Of a stretch of DNA of 63,386 bases, positions 53,190 to 62,431 are shown one piece after another. The stretch spans positions 1-63,386 of the forward strand of contig PLCF01000047.1 in the NCBI GenBank assembly GCA_003135555.1, written 5' to 3'. The stretch is from Vulcanimicrobiota bacterium (GTDB taxonomy: Bacteria; Vulcanimicrobiota; Vulcanimicrobiia; Vulcanimicrobiales; Vulcanimicrobiaceae). The first letter of the stretch is position 1, and every line of letters starts with the position of its first letter. A model generated the notes under the pieces. That model saw nothing but the letters and a program-made list of their open reading frames with translations. It was not told the origin of the DNA and ran no database searches. Made by a program: the position numbers and the translations under genes.

Positions 53190-54734
53190 ATGTTCACCAG
53201 CTTCGCACGGCGCCTGACGGGCTGGTACGTCGTCGCCGCGACGGTCCTGGTGGTGGCGTTAGCCCTGGTCGCCGCGCTCATCGCGCTCGTCTCGTACGTG
53301 CACGTCATTCAGGACAGCATCGACGCCGACGCGCGCGAGGCGGCGGCGTTCTCGATCCGTTCCGCGCAGCGCGGCGACCGCTTCGTGACCGCCGCCATCG
53401 ACCTCGAGAAGCGGCTGGCGCGGCCGGGGATTCGCATGGTCGCGAGCGGTCCGTACCCGCGCACTGCGCCCGACGCGCCCCGCCCGTTCGAACCGCGCCC
53501 GACCACGGCGCCGCTGCTGATTCGCCCCGCACCCGAGACGCGCGTGGGCCTCAACCCGCCGGTGAAAGCCGGCAGCCCGGTACGCCGCGGCCCCCCGCTT
53601 CCCGAATACGTCATCGTCAACGGGGCGCGCGTCTTCGGTGACCCGCGCGAGATTCGCAGCCAGGGCAGCCGGATCGGGTTCGCGCTGGGTACCGCGTTGG
53701 GCGCGCGGTTGCAGCGCGTCGACCTCGTCGACGGCGACCTGCGCATCTCCCCCGACCCCAATGCGACGCTGAACTTCGCGCTGTGGCTGCTCGCCGGCGT
53801 CCTGTTCGTCGGTGCGGTCGCCGGTGTGTTGGCGTGGTTCTTGGGTCGCTACATCACCTCGCAGGTGCTGCGGCCGCTCATCGACGTGACGCACAACCTG
53901 CGGCGCTTCGCGACGCGCGACTTCACGCCGCAGCCGATCGCCGTCGCCGGTAAGAGCGAGTTCGACGCGATCGCGGTCGCCTACAACGCCGCGGCGGCGC
54001 AAGTCTCCTCGGCCTTTGCGGAACGCCAGCAGGCCGAGTCCCAGATGCGCCAATTCGTGGCCGACGCCGGGCACGAGCTGCGCACGCCGCTGACGATCGT
54101 GCTCGGCTACATCGAGCTGTTGCGCCGTAAGGCGGCCGAAGGAGATGAGCGCTCGCGCCGGATCTTCTCCGCGATCTCGATCGAAGGCGCGCGGATGCGG
54201 ACGCTGATCGACAACTTGGTCTTACTGGCGCGCATGGAAGGCGACGACGTGCGGCCGCCCGAGCCGTTCCCGTTGTGCCCGTTGCTCGAGGAGATCGTGG
54301 AGGCCCGACGGCTGCTGCACCCGGGCTTGCAGATCGCGCTGGGCTGTGCCGTCGATGCAACCGTCATCGGGAACGAGACCGAGATCCACGAAGCGATCGC
54401 CAACGTCATCGACAACGCGATCAAGTACGCGCCGGGCAAACCGATTCGCGTGGCGACCAAGGCCTTCGACGGCGGTGTCGAGGTGTCGATCGCGGATCAG
54501 GGGCCGGGGATCGCACCGGGAGAACGCGACGCCATCTTCGACCGCTTCTATCGCGGCGTGCAGCGCGGCGAGGTGGAAGGCTCGGGGCTGGGGCTGGCCA
54601 TCGCGAAGCGCGCCGTCGAGCGCGCCGGCGGAACGCTCGTGCTGGTCGCGACCTCGAGCGCCGGAACCACGTTCGCGCTGCGCTTGCGCGCCGACCAAGT
54701 GAGCAGCCGGGAAGCGCGCCCGCTCTCGGCTTGA
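53190..54734 (+). CDS. Sensor histidine kinase (HAMP-HisKA-HATPase)
   Basis: Two TMs; DAGHELRTPL, NAIKY, DQGPGI, GSGLGLAI. Confidence 0.95.
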   Translation: MFTSFARRLTGWYVVAATVLVVALALVAALIALVSYVHVIQDSIDADAREAAAFSIRSAQRGDRFVTAAIDLEKRLARPGIRMVASGPYPRTAPDAPRPFEPRPTTAPLLIRPAPETRVGLNPPVKAGSPVRRGPPLPEYVIVNGARVFGDPREIRSQGSRIGFALGTALGARLQRVDLVDGDLRISPDPNATLNFALWLLAGVLFVGAVAGVLAWFLGRYITSQVLRPLIDVTHNLRRFATRDFTPQPIAVAGKSEFDAIAVAYNAAAAQVSSAFAERQQAESQMRQFVADAGHELRTPLTIVLGYIELLRRKAAEGDERSRRIFSAISIEGARMRTLIDNLVLLARMEGDDVRPPEPFPLCPLLEEIVEARRLLHPGLQIALGCAVDATVIGNETEIHEAIANVIDNAIKYAPGKPIRVATKAFDGGVEVSIADQGPGIAPGERDAIFDRFYRGVQRGEVEGSGLGLAIAKRAVERAGGTLVLVATSSAGTTFALRLRADQVSSREARPLSA

Positions 54735-54873
54735 GATCAGCTCGGCTCGCCGGCGAGCGCGCCGGCGCGCCGCGGTCCCGAGCAGTGAAAAATTCTCGGC
54801 GGGACGCAAAGGAAGGTAGGGAGCAACCTCTAAGCTAAGAGGAGCAAGCGTCACGGCTCAGGGGTGTGTACTG

Positions 54874-55491
54874 ATGAGTCTCACGAGTCTCGGTCAGGCG
54901 GCGGCCCGCAAAGGCGCTGCCCAGCGCCAGCAAGTCCAAGGATTTTCTCCGTTGCCCGCAGTGCCGCCGCCGCCGGCCCCGCGAGCCGTTGGAATCCTCG
55001 CAGCGATCGCGCCGCTTCCCCCCGTGCCCCCGCCACCGCCAGGGGTCCCGCCGGTGACGCCGGCATCCGCGACGACGAGCGGATCTTCGACGGCCTCGTT
55101 AGGCGACCAACTCCTCGCTTACATCCCCTCCGAGGTGCTGGCCATCTATGTTGCGTCGATGGGAGTCCTCACCGGTACTGTTGCGGGCACGAACAGCGCC
55201 GCTGATTTGAACGATGCAATCTGGGTCTTCTGGATTTGCGTTTGCCTCGCACCCCTCTGGGTGCTCGCTTCATACATTCTCAGCGGCAGCACGCTTGATC
55301 CAAAGCGCTTTCCGTATTGGTCCATGACGGCTTCCGTCATTGCGTTTGTCATTTGGGCGATTGCACTCGGTAATCCGTGGCTGCGCCAGAACCTTGGCGT
55401 CACGGACCATGTCGGCGCTCTACTCGTCATCTTTTCGTCGCCGGTCCTTGCAATGACGAGCCGAGTCGTATCGCGGTTGACTGGTACATAG
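54874..55491 (+). CDS. Hypothetical 4-TM membrane protein with Pro-rich N-terminus
   Basis: YIPSEVLAIY followed by hydrophobic segments; lower-GC codon usage. Confidence 0.75.
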   Translation: MSLTSLGQAAARKGAAQRQQVQGFSPLPAVPPPPAPRAVGILAAIAPLPPVPPPPPGVPPVTPASATTSGSSTASLGDQLLAYIPSEVLAIYVASMGVLTGTVAGTNSAADLNDAIWVFWICVCLAPLWVLASYILSGSTLDPKRFPYWSMTASVIAFVIWAIALGNPWLRQNLGVTDHVGALLVIFSSPVLAMTSRVVSRLTGT

Positions 55492-55502
55492 GAGTAGGTG
55501 TG

Positions 55503-56630
55503 ATGGTTGCAATGCGGTACCGAGGGTTACTTGCGGCTGCCCTGATTCTTGCGCTGTTGCCTGGCTGCAAGCAAGCGACGTACACTCAGGAAGTAAAGGC
55601 CTTCGGCAGCAGTGTAGACACTGCCGCAGTCTCGATCGGTGCGATATACTCGAATCTCAACGACGAAGAAGTGAGCCTCTACGTAGAGCAGTTGTTGGTG
55701 GACCCGACACAGTCGGTCGGGCTCCGTGCGTTCTGCGTGAACCGGACGACGAATCCACCAACCGTTGAGGCCGGCGACACCGTTCTCGGTAAGCCGCGGT
55801 TCGATCCACGCGCCATCGCCGCTCGGGTCTCACTCTTGGGTACACTACGAAGTTACGGCGACGCGCTTATCGCGCTGTCGACGAATACATCGCCCGATGA
55901 CGTAAAGAAGAGTCTCTCCGACCTATCGACGTCGTTTACGAAGACCGCCGCTGACATCGGAAATACCAAGGATCCCGCGATAGCTCGCTATGCGGGACCG
56001 CTCGCGACGATCTTCGGCACCGGAGCGAGCATCTATTTGCAGCGCCGACGCAGCGCCGAGCTCGACCGAATCATCAAGCAAGCGGCTCCGATCGTTACGG
56101 ACATCCTCACCTTCATCAAGACGGATTCAAGCGCTGCTCAGGGCATCGCAAGCACGACGCTGCAGGCTGAGTCCGCAGGATGGCAGCAGATCTATCAGCG
56201 CATTCTGTACGCGGAGCTCCACGGACGCGCTCCTATGTCGCTTCGTGCCGAGCTCCCCGACTGCGCGGGAAAGTCCGGCCCCTTTCAGGGTCCCCCTCCC
56301 CCGCCCGGGTCAGTATCCAAACCGCCGGCGGTGCGGGTCGTCAAGCTCAGTGCAAATCGAGACGCCGCATTCTTTACTTTGCGGCAAGCGGTGCTTGCGC
56401 ACATCGTCGATGCCAACAAGGCTCAACGATCCTTCGATACCGCTGCGCCCGGCAAGACGATCGATAGTCTCTCGAAGGCCCATCGAGCCCTCGTTGATTT
56501 CGCATCGAAACCAGACGACCAACTTACAATTGCAAACTTGAAGTCAGCCGTCGACTTGTTCAAGGCCGACGCCGAAACGCTCTACGGCGCGCTCCAAGAC
56601 CTGCGGAAGCCGCCGCAGAAGGGAAAATAG
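55503..56630 (+). CDS. Hypothetical alpha-helical lipoprotein
   Basis: GGAG/AGGTG SD; lipobox LPGC; alternative start 55512. Confidence 0.75.
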   Translation: MVAMRYRGLLAAALILALLPGCKQATYTQEVKAFGSSVDTAAVSIGAIYSNLNDEEVSLYVEQLLVDPTQSVGLRAFCVNRTTNPPTVEAGDTVLGKPRFDPRAIAARVSLLGTLRSYGDALIALSTNTSPDDVKKSLSDLSTSFTKTAADIGNTKDPAIARYAGPLATIFGTGASIYLQRRRSAELDRIIKQAAPIVTDILTFIKTDSSAAQGIASTTLQAESAGWQQIYQRILYAELHGRAPMSLRAELPDCAGKSGPFQGPPPPPGSVSKPPAVRVVKLSANRDAAFFTLRQAVLAHIVDANKAQRSFDTAAPGKTIDSLSKAHRALVDFASKPDDQLTIANLKSAVDLFKADAETLYGALQDLRKPPQKGK

Positions 56631-56633
56631 ACA

Positions 56634-56954
56634 ATGGCTGCAGTGGATACAACCGCGTTGGCGGCGATCGTTTCGACGTGTTTTTCGTGGTCGCAGGATG
56701 CGACGCTTCCCAGTGACCAACGCTGGACGTACTACAATCTCGGCCTTCACCTGCGCGCCGAGCTCGTCGATGCATATACGGCGACGTTCCCCGACACGGA
56801 TACCCGAATTGCCGCGCTAAACACGCAACTCGGCGGTATCAATACCGACCTCGCTGCCGAGCAGGCCATCGAGAGTAGCTACGCGCAAAACGTGAACAAG
56901 ATAACGTCGGCCTTGAATATCCTGGATCAACTCTTCATGATGGTTCCGAAGTAG
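56634..56954 (+). CDS. Hypothetical helical protein (106 aa)
   Basis: Starts 3 nt after the upstream stop; AAGGGA SD. Confidence 0.7.
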   Translation: MAAVDTTALAAIVSTCFSWSQDATLPSDQRWTYYNLGLHLRAELVDAYTATFPDTDTRIAALNTQLGGINTDLAAEQAIESSYAQNVNKITSALNILDQLFMMVPK

Positions 56955-57468
56955 CGCGTCGAAAGGCCGTCGTGACCATCTCGCGCATTCGGGGGTGGTC
57001 GCGGTCTTGGGTTTTCATCCAGTCTTCGAGGTCGGGGACTGGGGCGCCGGTGCGGAAGAGCCAGTAGTACGTGCTGAGGTCGCCGACGAAGGCGAAGCGC
57101 GTTTTGGTGTCGCGGCGGATGGCGGCGTAGTCCGGGAACGAGGCTTGATACGCGGCGATGGAGCCGTGCTCGCGTTCGAGCTCGATGAGGGTTCGGGCAT
57201 TGCGGATCGTGCCCTCGATCTTGGACTTGGAGTGGACGATGCCGCCGACGTTCATGAGCCGGTCGATCTCGATGTCACCGTACGCCGCCACCTTCGCGAC
57301 GTCGAAGCCCTCGAACGCGACCACGTAGTCGTCCCAGCGCGCGTGGATGAACGCCCACGACATGCCGGCCTGCATCACCGCGCGCGTGATGATCGCCAGG
57401 TGATCGCTTAGGGTCGGGTTCTCGACGACGCGCGGAATCTGGTCCGGTGGGGTCGGACTCTTGGGGAT
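56935..57468 (-). CDS. DNA-3-methyladenine glycosylase I (Tag)-like protein
   Basis: QAGMSW...AFEGFDVAKVA...IVHSKSKIEGTIRNA...FAFVG; start uncertain. Confidence 0.75.
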   Translation of the reverse strand: MPKSPTPPDQIPRVVENPTLSDHLAIITRAVMQAGMSWAFIHARWDDYVVAFEGFDVAKVAAYGDIEIDRLMNVGGIVHSKSKIEGTIRNARTLIELEREHGSIAAYQASFPDYAAIRRDTKTRFAFVGDLSTYYWLFRTGAPVPDLEDWMKTQDRDHPRMREMVTTAFRRATSEPS

Positions 57469-57511
57469 CCGGACCGGCGGCGCTGTCTTCGCCCCAGCCT
57501 TGTTCGCGGTG

Positions 57512-58075
57512 CTAGAAGTTCTGCTTGACGGTCCACTCGCTTTGGGGATGGCTTTTCTCCAATTCGTGCCAGCCGTGCAGGAGGTCACTGGCGTTGTGGG
57601 TGGAGCGGTACGCGCTCACGCCCACGTAGTACTGTGCCTCGGCCGCGATGTGCGCGGTTGGAAAACGGCGCAGCACTTCCTCATAGAGCGCCTTGGCCGC
57701 GTCCCATTCTTTTCGCCGCAGGCGGGCGTGCGCGACCGCGGCGATGAGTTGCGCGGCGAACTCGAACGGCGGCAGATAGCCGTTCCAGCGGTACAACTCG
57801 GTCCCGTCGACGTCGAGGATACGCAGGTCGGGCGTCCAGACGTGGCGGTAGCCGTCCAGCAGCGGCTGGTTCGTCGCGACGGTGTTGTCGAGTTGGAAGG
57901 GCACGGTGAGGCGGTCGACCGCTTCACGCACCGGGGCTTCGGGATACGTCACGGTATCCAGCGCTTTGCAGCCGCCTCAACCGGGGTTGAAGACGTCCAT
58001 CAGCACGAGCCGCTCGCCGTCGCGCGCCGTTTTGAGCGCCTCGTCGAGCGACCCGAGCCACGCGATCTCGCTCAT
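57512..58075 (-). CDS. Thioredoxin-fold + TPR selenoprotein (UGA at codon 33, U-G-G-C)
   Basis: GGAG SD; MSEIAWLGSLDEALKTARDGERLVLMDVFNPG-(TGA)-GGCKALDTVTYP continues in frame into ORF 57512-57952; cis-Pro motif WTP; TPR-like C-terminus. Confidence 0.88.
57942..57959 (-). promoter_or_regulatory. Candidate bacterial SECIS hairpin
   Basis: GGAUAC-CGUGAC-GUAUCC stem-loop; apical loop 23 nt 3' of the UGA, G at loop position 2. Confidence 0.65.
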
Positions 58076-58129
58076 GCGGTTCTCCGTCGTAGCAGGGGTA
58101 GGGATTCATGGTACCCCATCCTTGGCCTC

Positions 58130-59647
58130 GTGACGAAGACCTGGGTCCTCGTTGCTGCGGTCTTGGGGTCGGCGATGACCTTCATCGACGGCAGCGCGGT
58201 GAACGTCGCCCTGCCGGTGATCCAGCGCGAGCTCGGCGCGGACGCGGCGCAGATGCAGTGGGTCATCGAAGGCTACGCGCTGTTCTTGTCGGCGCTCATC
58301 CTGCTGGGCGGCTCGCTGGGCGATCTCTACGGGCGCAAGCGGCTGTTCGTCATCGGGATCGTGATTTTTGCCGCCGCGTCGATGGGGTGCGTGGCCGCGC
58401 CCAACGTCGGCGTCTTGATCGCCGCCCGCTGCCTGCAAGGGATCGGCGCCGCCTGCGCGATGCCCGAGTCGCTGGCGCTGATCAGCGCAACCTTCTCCGG
58501 TGAACAGCGCGGGCGCGCGATCGGAACGTGGTCGGGGTTCGCATCGATCACCGGAGCCGCCGGTCCGGTGCTGGGCGGCTGGCTCGCACAGCACGGCTCG
58601 TGGCGCTGGGTCTTCCTCATCAACATCCCGATCGCGATCGTGGTCCTGGCGATCTCGTGGCGCGGCTATCCGGAGAGCCGCGACGAGGACATGCCGCATC
58701 GGCTCGACGTGCCCGGCGCATTGTTCGCGACGCTGGGGCTGGGCGCGTTCACGTTCGGTTTGATCCAATCGCAGGGCGGGCGGCCGGGCGTTCTGGGCTG
58801 GGCGGCTCTCTGCGCGGGCGTGCTGTCGCTGGGCGCGTTCGTCGTCGTCGAACGGCGCTCAACCGCGCCGATGATGCCGCTCGACCTCTTCCGTTCGCGC
58901 GTTTTCTCGGCCGCCAATCTGTACACGCTTTTCTTGTACGCGGCGCTCGGCGGCAGCCTGTACTTCTTGCCGTATCTGCTCATCGACGTGCAACACTACA
59001 CCCCCACCGCGGCCGGCGCGTCGATGCTGCCGTTCGTTATCCTGATGTTCGCGCTGTCGCGCTGGTCCGGCGGTCTGACCGCTCGCATCGGGGCGCGCAT
59101 CCCGCTGGTCGCCGGCGCGCTCGTGGCGGCGGCCGGATTCGCCGCCTTCGCGTTGCCCGGGTTGGGAGGCTCGTATTGGACCACCTATTTCCCGGCGGCG
59201 CTGTTGCTCGGCATCGGGGGAACGCTGTTCGTGGCGCCGCTCACGACGACGGTCTTCGACGCGGTCGACACCGAGAAGAGCGGCGTCGCGTCAGGGGTCA
59301 ACAACGCCGTCGCGCGCACGGCGGGATTGCTCGCGGTCGCCGGATTGGGCATCGTGCTGGCCGGTGTCTTCAACGTGGGCTTCGACAAGCGCATCGCGCG
59401 GCATCATCTCAGCCCGCAGACCGCACGGATCGCACACGACGAACGCGCGCGCTTGTACGCCGGAACCGTCCCGAGCGACGTCCCCGAGGCCGACCGCGCG
59501 GCGGTCGGTGAGGCGGTGCGCGAAGGGTATCTGGCCGGGTTCCGGGGCGTGATGGCCGCGTCGGTCGGCGTCTGCCTGCTGGCCGCGCTCATCGCCTTGG
59601 TGGCGATTCCGGGCCGTCAGCCGCGGCGCGATTCCCGATCGGCGTAA
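58130..59647 (+). CDS. MFS transporter, DHA2 (EmrB/QacA) type
   Basis: DGSAVNVALP, GSLGDLYGRKR, GPVLGG, WRWVFLINIP; ~14 TMs. Confidence 0.93.
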   Translation: MTKTWVLVAAVLGSAMTFIDGSAVNVALPVIQRELGADAAQMQWVIEGYALFLSALILLGGSLGDLYGRKRLFVIGIVIFAAASMGCVAAPNVGVLIAARCLQGIGAACAMPESLALISATFSGEQRGRAIGTWSGFASITGAAGPVLGGWLAQHGSWRWVFLINIPIAIVVLAISWRGYPESRDEDMPHRLDVPGALFATLGLGAFTFGLIQSQGGRPGVLGWAALCAGVLSLGAFVVVERRSTAPMMPLDLFRSRVFSAANLYTLFLYAALGGSLYFLPYLLIDVQHYTPTAAGASMLPFVILMFALSRWSGGLTARIGARIPLVAGALVAAAGFAAFALPGLGGSYWTTYFPAALLLGIGGTLFVAPLTTTVFDAVDTEKSGVASGVNNAVARTAGLLAVAGLGIVLAGVFNVGFDKRIARHHLSPQTARIAHDERARLYAGTVPSDVPEADRAAVGEAVREGYLAGFRGVMAASVGVCLLAALIALVAIPGRQPRRDSRSA

Positions 59648-60771
59648 AGGTCGGAGTCGGCCGCAATGAGCGCGTCGGCGAAGTCGATCTCGCCGCCGAA
59701 TGCGGCCACGCCCCACGTGATCCGCACCGGCATCCCGACGTCCTCGGCGAGCACGGCCAGATCGCCGTCGATCGCGACCAACCGCAGGCGTACGACCGCG
59801 GCGTCGACGCCGCTCCAAATCCCCGCGAACTCGTCACCGCCGATGCGGTACACGATCCCGGCCGGGCCGCAGCGCTCGCGCAGACAGCGCGAAACGCTGG
59901 CCAACGCCATGTCGCCCGCCGCATGCCCCATGCGGTCGTTGATCGTTTTGAGCTCGTCGAGGTCGATCATCGCCACGCAGCCGCTGTCCGGCGTGTTCTC
60001 GAGCCGCTCCAGGAATGCGGCGCGGTTGGGGATTCCGCACAGCGCGTCGGTGTACGCGGCGTCGTGCAGCGCACGCTGTGCATGCGCGAGCGCGTCGTTG
60101 CGGCGTTCGAGCTCGACGTGCGCGCGGTCGGTGGCATGCACGACCAATGCCACGCCTAGCGCGATGTCGAGCACTACGGTGATGTAGCTCTCAAGTCCGA
60201 GATACGTCGCCGGGAAGCGGACCCCGGCGAGGGTGAGCAGCGGGACGTGCAAGTAGTCCAGGGCCAGCAAGAACAGCGCGACGGTCAGCAGCCGCGTTCC
60301 GAGCCCGCGCACCTGGGCGCGCAGCAGCTCGGCGACGGCGCAGGCCAGCAGCGCCGCTAGGCATGCGGAGTGGACGCGGTAGGCATCGAGAAACTCGGCG
60401 TCGAGCGATGCCGCGCCGGTGGCGCAGACGGCGAGCGCGACCGCGACGAGCACGGTCGTCGGCACCGGACGGACACCGCGGCGCCGGCGGATTGCGGCGA
60501 TGAACGCCACCGCGCCGAGGTCTTCGAGCGCGGCATAGGCCATGGTCGCGCCGGGCAATCCCGGGAGCAATCCGGCTTCACGCACCAGCGCCGAAACCGA
60601 CAGGACCGCGATCGCGCAGGCGTACAGCGCGAGCCCCACTGTCCAGCCGTCGAGCGGCTTGCGCCCCAGCGAGACGCGCACGAGCACGGCCAGCACCGTC
60701 AGCAGCGTCAAGACGCCCAACTGAAGGAACATTGAAAGGTAGCCGACGAGGTGCTCGCCCAGCGGAGCCAT
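59617..60771 (-). CDS. Membrane-bound diguanylate cyclase
   Basis: ~7 TMs; TDALCGIPNR, DLDELKTINDRMGHAAGD, RIGGDEF. Confidence 0.92.
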   Translation of the reverse strand: MAPLGEHLVGYLSMFLQLGVLTLLTVLAVLVRVSLGRKPLDGWTVGLALYACAIAVLSVSALVREAGLLPGLPGATMAYAALEDLGAVAFIAAIRRRRGVRPVPTTVLVAVALAVCATGAASLDAEFLDAYRVHSACLAALLACAVAELLRAQVRGLGTRLLTVALFLLALDYLHVPLLTLAGVRFPATYLGLESYITVVLDIALGVALVVHATDRAHVELERRNDALAHAQRALHDAAYTDALCGIPNRAAFLERLENTPDSGCVAMIDLDELKTINDRMGHAAGDMALASVSRCLRERCGPAGIVYRIGGDEFAGIWSGVDAAVVRLRLVAIDGDLAVLAEDVGMPVRITWGVAAFGGEIDFADALIAADSDLYADRESRRG

Positions 60772-60804
60772 TTTGCTTAACTATCGGACGGAAGGGGCAG
60801 CGCC

Positions 60805-61536
60805 ATCACTCAATCGGCAGGCCGGCTGGCGGGGCGAGTCGCGATCGTAACCGGGGCCGCGAGCGGTCTCGGGCGCGCGACGGTGTATCGTTTTGCTCAC
60901 GAAGGCGCGCTCGTGGCGGCGCTGGACGTGCGCGAGCCCCCCGCGCCCGACGGCGGCCTAGCCCTGGCCTGCGACGTCGCCGATCAACCCGCCGTCGAGC
61001 GCGCGGTCGCCGCGATCAAGGAGCGTCTCGGACGCATCGACGTCCTGGCCCATTTCGCCGGGATCACCGGCGACGCCATGGCGACCAAGATGACGTTGGA
61101 GCAATGGGACGCGGTCATCCGCGTGAACCTGACCGGGACGTTCATCGTCGCGCAGGTCGTCGCGCGCGAGATGGCCGACGGAGGCGCGATCGTCCTGACG
61201 TCGTCGCTGTCGTATCTGGGGAACGTCGGCCAGGCGAACTACGCGGCTTCCAAAGGCGGCGTGGTCTCGCTGACGCGCACGCTCGCCCTCGAGCTGGCCA
61301 AGCGCGGGATCCGGGTGAACGCGCTCGCACCGGGTTTCATCGAAACGCCGATGACCGACGCGGTGCCCGACCACGTGCGCGACAAAGTCGTCGGGGCGAT
61401 CCCGCTGGGTCGCGTCGGCCGGCCCGAGGAGATCGCGAACGTCACGCTGTTCTTCGCGTGCGACGACTCGAGCTACGTGACCGGCCAGACGCTCTTCATC
61501 GACGGCGGACGTTCGGTCGGACGCGGCTTGGCGTGA
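60805..61536 (+). CDS. SDR oxidoreductase, FabG-like
   Basis: In-frame TGAASGLG upstream of the ORF-track start; YAASK; PGFIETPMT; proposed ATC start at 60805. Confidence 0.88.
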   Translation: MTQSAGRLAGRVAIVTGAASGLGRATVYRFAHEGALVAALDVREPPAPDGGLALACDVADQPAVERAVAAIKERLGRIDVLAHFAGITGDAMATKMTLEQWDAVIRVNLTGTFIVAQVVAREMADGGAIVLTSSLSYLGNVGQANYAASKGGVVSLTRTLALELAKRGIRVNALAPGFIETPMTDAVPDHVRDKVVGAIPLGRVGRPEEIANVTLFFACDDSSYVTGQTLFIDGGRSVGRGLA

Positions 61537-62384
61537 TCGCGGCGCCCTGTAACCTGCCTGACCGTCCGCCGGCGGTCGTTCGCGCGGCGGTCCCGGCAAT
61601 GCCGCCGACGGCCGAAGTGCAGGGGATCTACGGCGTCGTTCGGGTGCGCGTCGCCCTCGATACGACGGGTGCGGTCACCGACGTGGTCGTCGCGCAGAGC
61701 CCGTCTCAGGTGCTGATAAAGGCGTCGGTCCGCGCCGCGCGCGAGACCACCTACCGTCCGGCGCGGCAGCGCTGCAAGAACGTCGCGTCGACCTACGAGT
61801 TCCGTGTGCTCTACGATCCCAACGGTCCGCGCGCGTCGCCGCCGCCGGCCCCTTCCCCGACACCGTCATCCACGCCGGCGCCCATGCCGGATCTTGCCCG
61901 GCCGTGGCGGCTGGTGTGGTCGACCGACGTTTCGTACAGCTCGGTCGATTTGACGCTCGGTTCGTCGGGGTCATTCCAGCGCGTCCACGACACCTTTCCG
62001 CTCTCACATCGGAAGGAGTGCAGAGGCCGGTTGTCCGCGGCCGCGCTGAAACGCGTCGTTGCGTCGCTCGGCGCGGCGCATCCGGAGCGTTGGCACGGGT
62101 CGTTCCCGCTGACGGCAGACCCGATGCCGACACCGACGCCGGACCCGCGGGCGACCCTGGATCCCGAGGTCGACGTTGTCGCAGTGGTCTCCGCCGGCGG
62201 ATCCCGGATCCAAATCATGGATGCCGCTCAAGGCACCATCACGCTGCAAGCAAGCGGCATTACCTATTCGTTAGGCTACGAATACGGCGAGAGCGAGCGC
62301 ATCCACGAGACGCTGCCCCCCGAGGTGGGCGGCCTTACGCGAGCGCTCCTCACCGCAATGGCCGCCTGTCCGACCGAACGCTAA
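61533..62384 (+). CDS. TonB C-terminal-domain protein with Pro-rich linker and extra C-terminal domain
   Basis: GIYGVVRVRVALDTTGAVTDVVVAQSPS..L..ASVRAARETTYRPA; GTGA overlap with SDR stop. Confidence 0.7.
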   Translation: MIAAPCNLPDRPPAVVRAAVPAMPPTAEVQGIYGVVRVRVALDTTGAVTDVVVAQSPSQVLIKASVRAARETTYRPARQRCKNVASTYEFRVLYDPNGPRASPPPAPSPTPSSTPAPMPDLARPWRLVWSTDVSYSSVDLTLGSSGSFQRVHDTFPLSHRKECRGRLSAAALKRVVASLGAAHPERWHGSFPLTADPMPTPTPDPRATLDPEVDVVAVVSAGGSRIQIMDAAQGTITLQASGITYSLGYEYGESERIHETLPPEVGGLTRALLTAMAACPTER

Positions 62385-62431
62385 GCGAGCAGGCGTCCCT
62401 TCCGTTACCGCCACCTCGAGGGCACGACCGT

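Noticed and set aside
60732..62384. 550-aa SDR-TonB fusion or frameshifted SDR
   Set aside because: The SDR is continuous in its own frame; the TonB-like gene starts at GTG 61533 overlapping the SDR stop.
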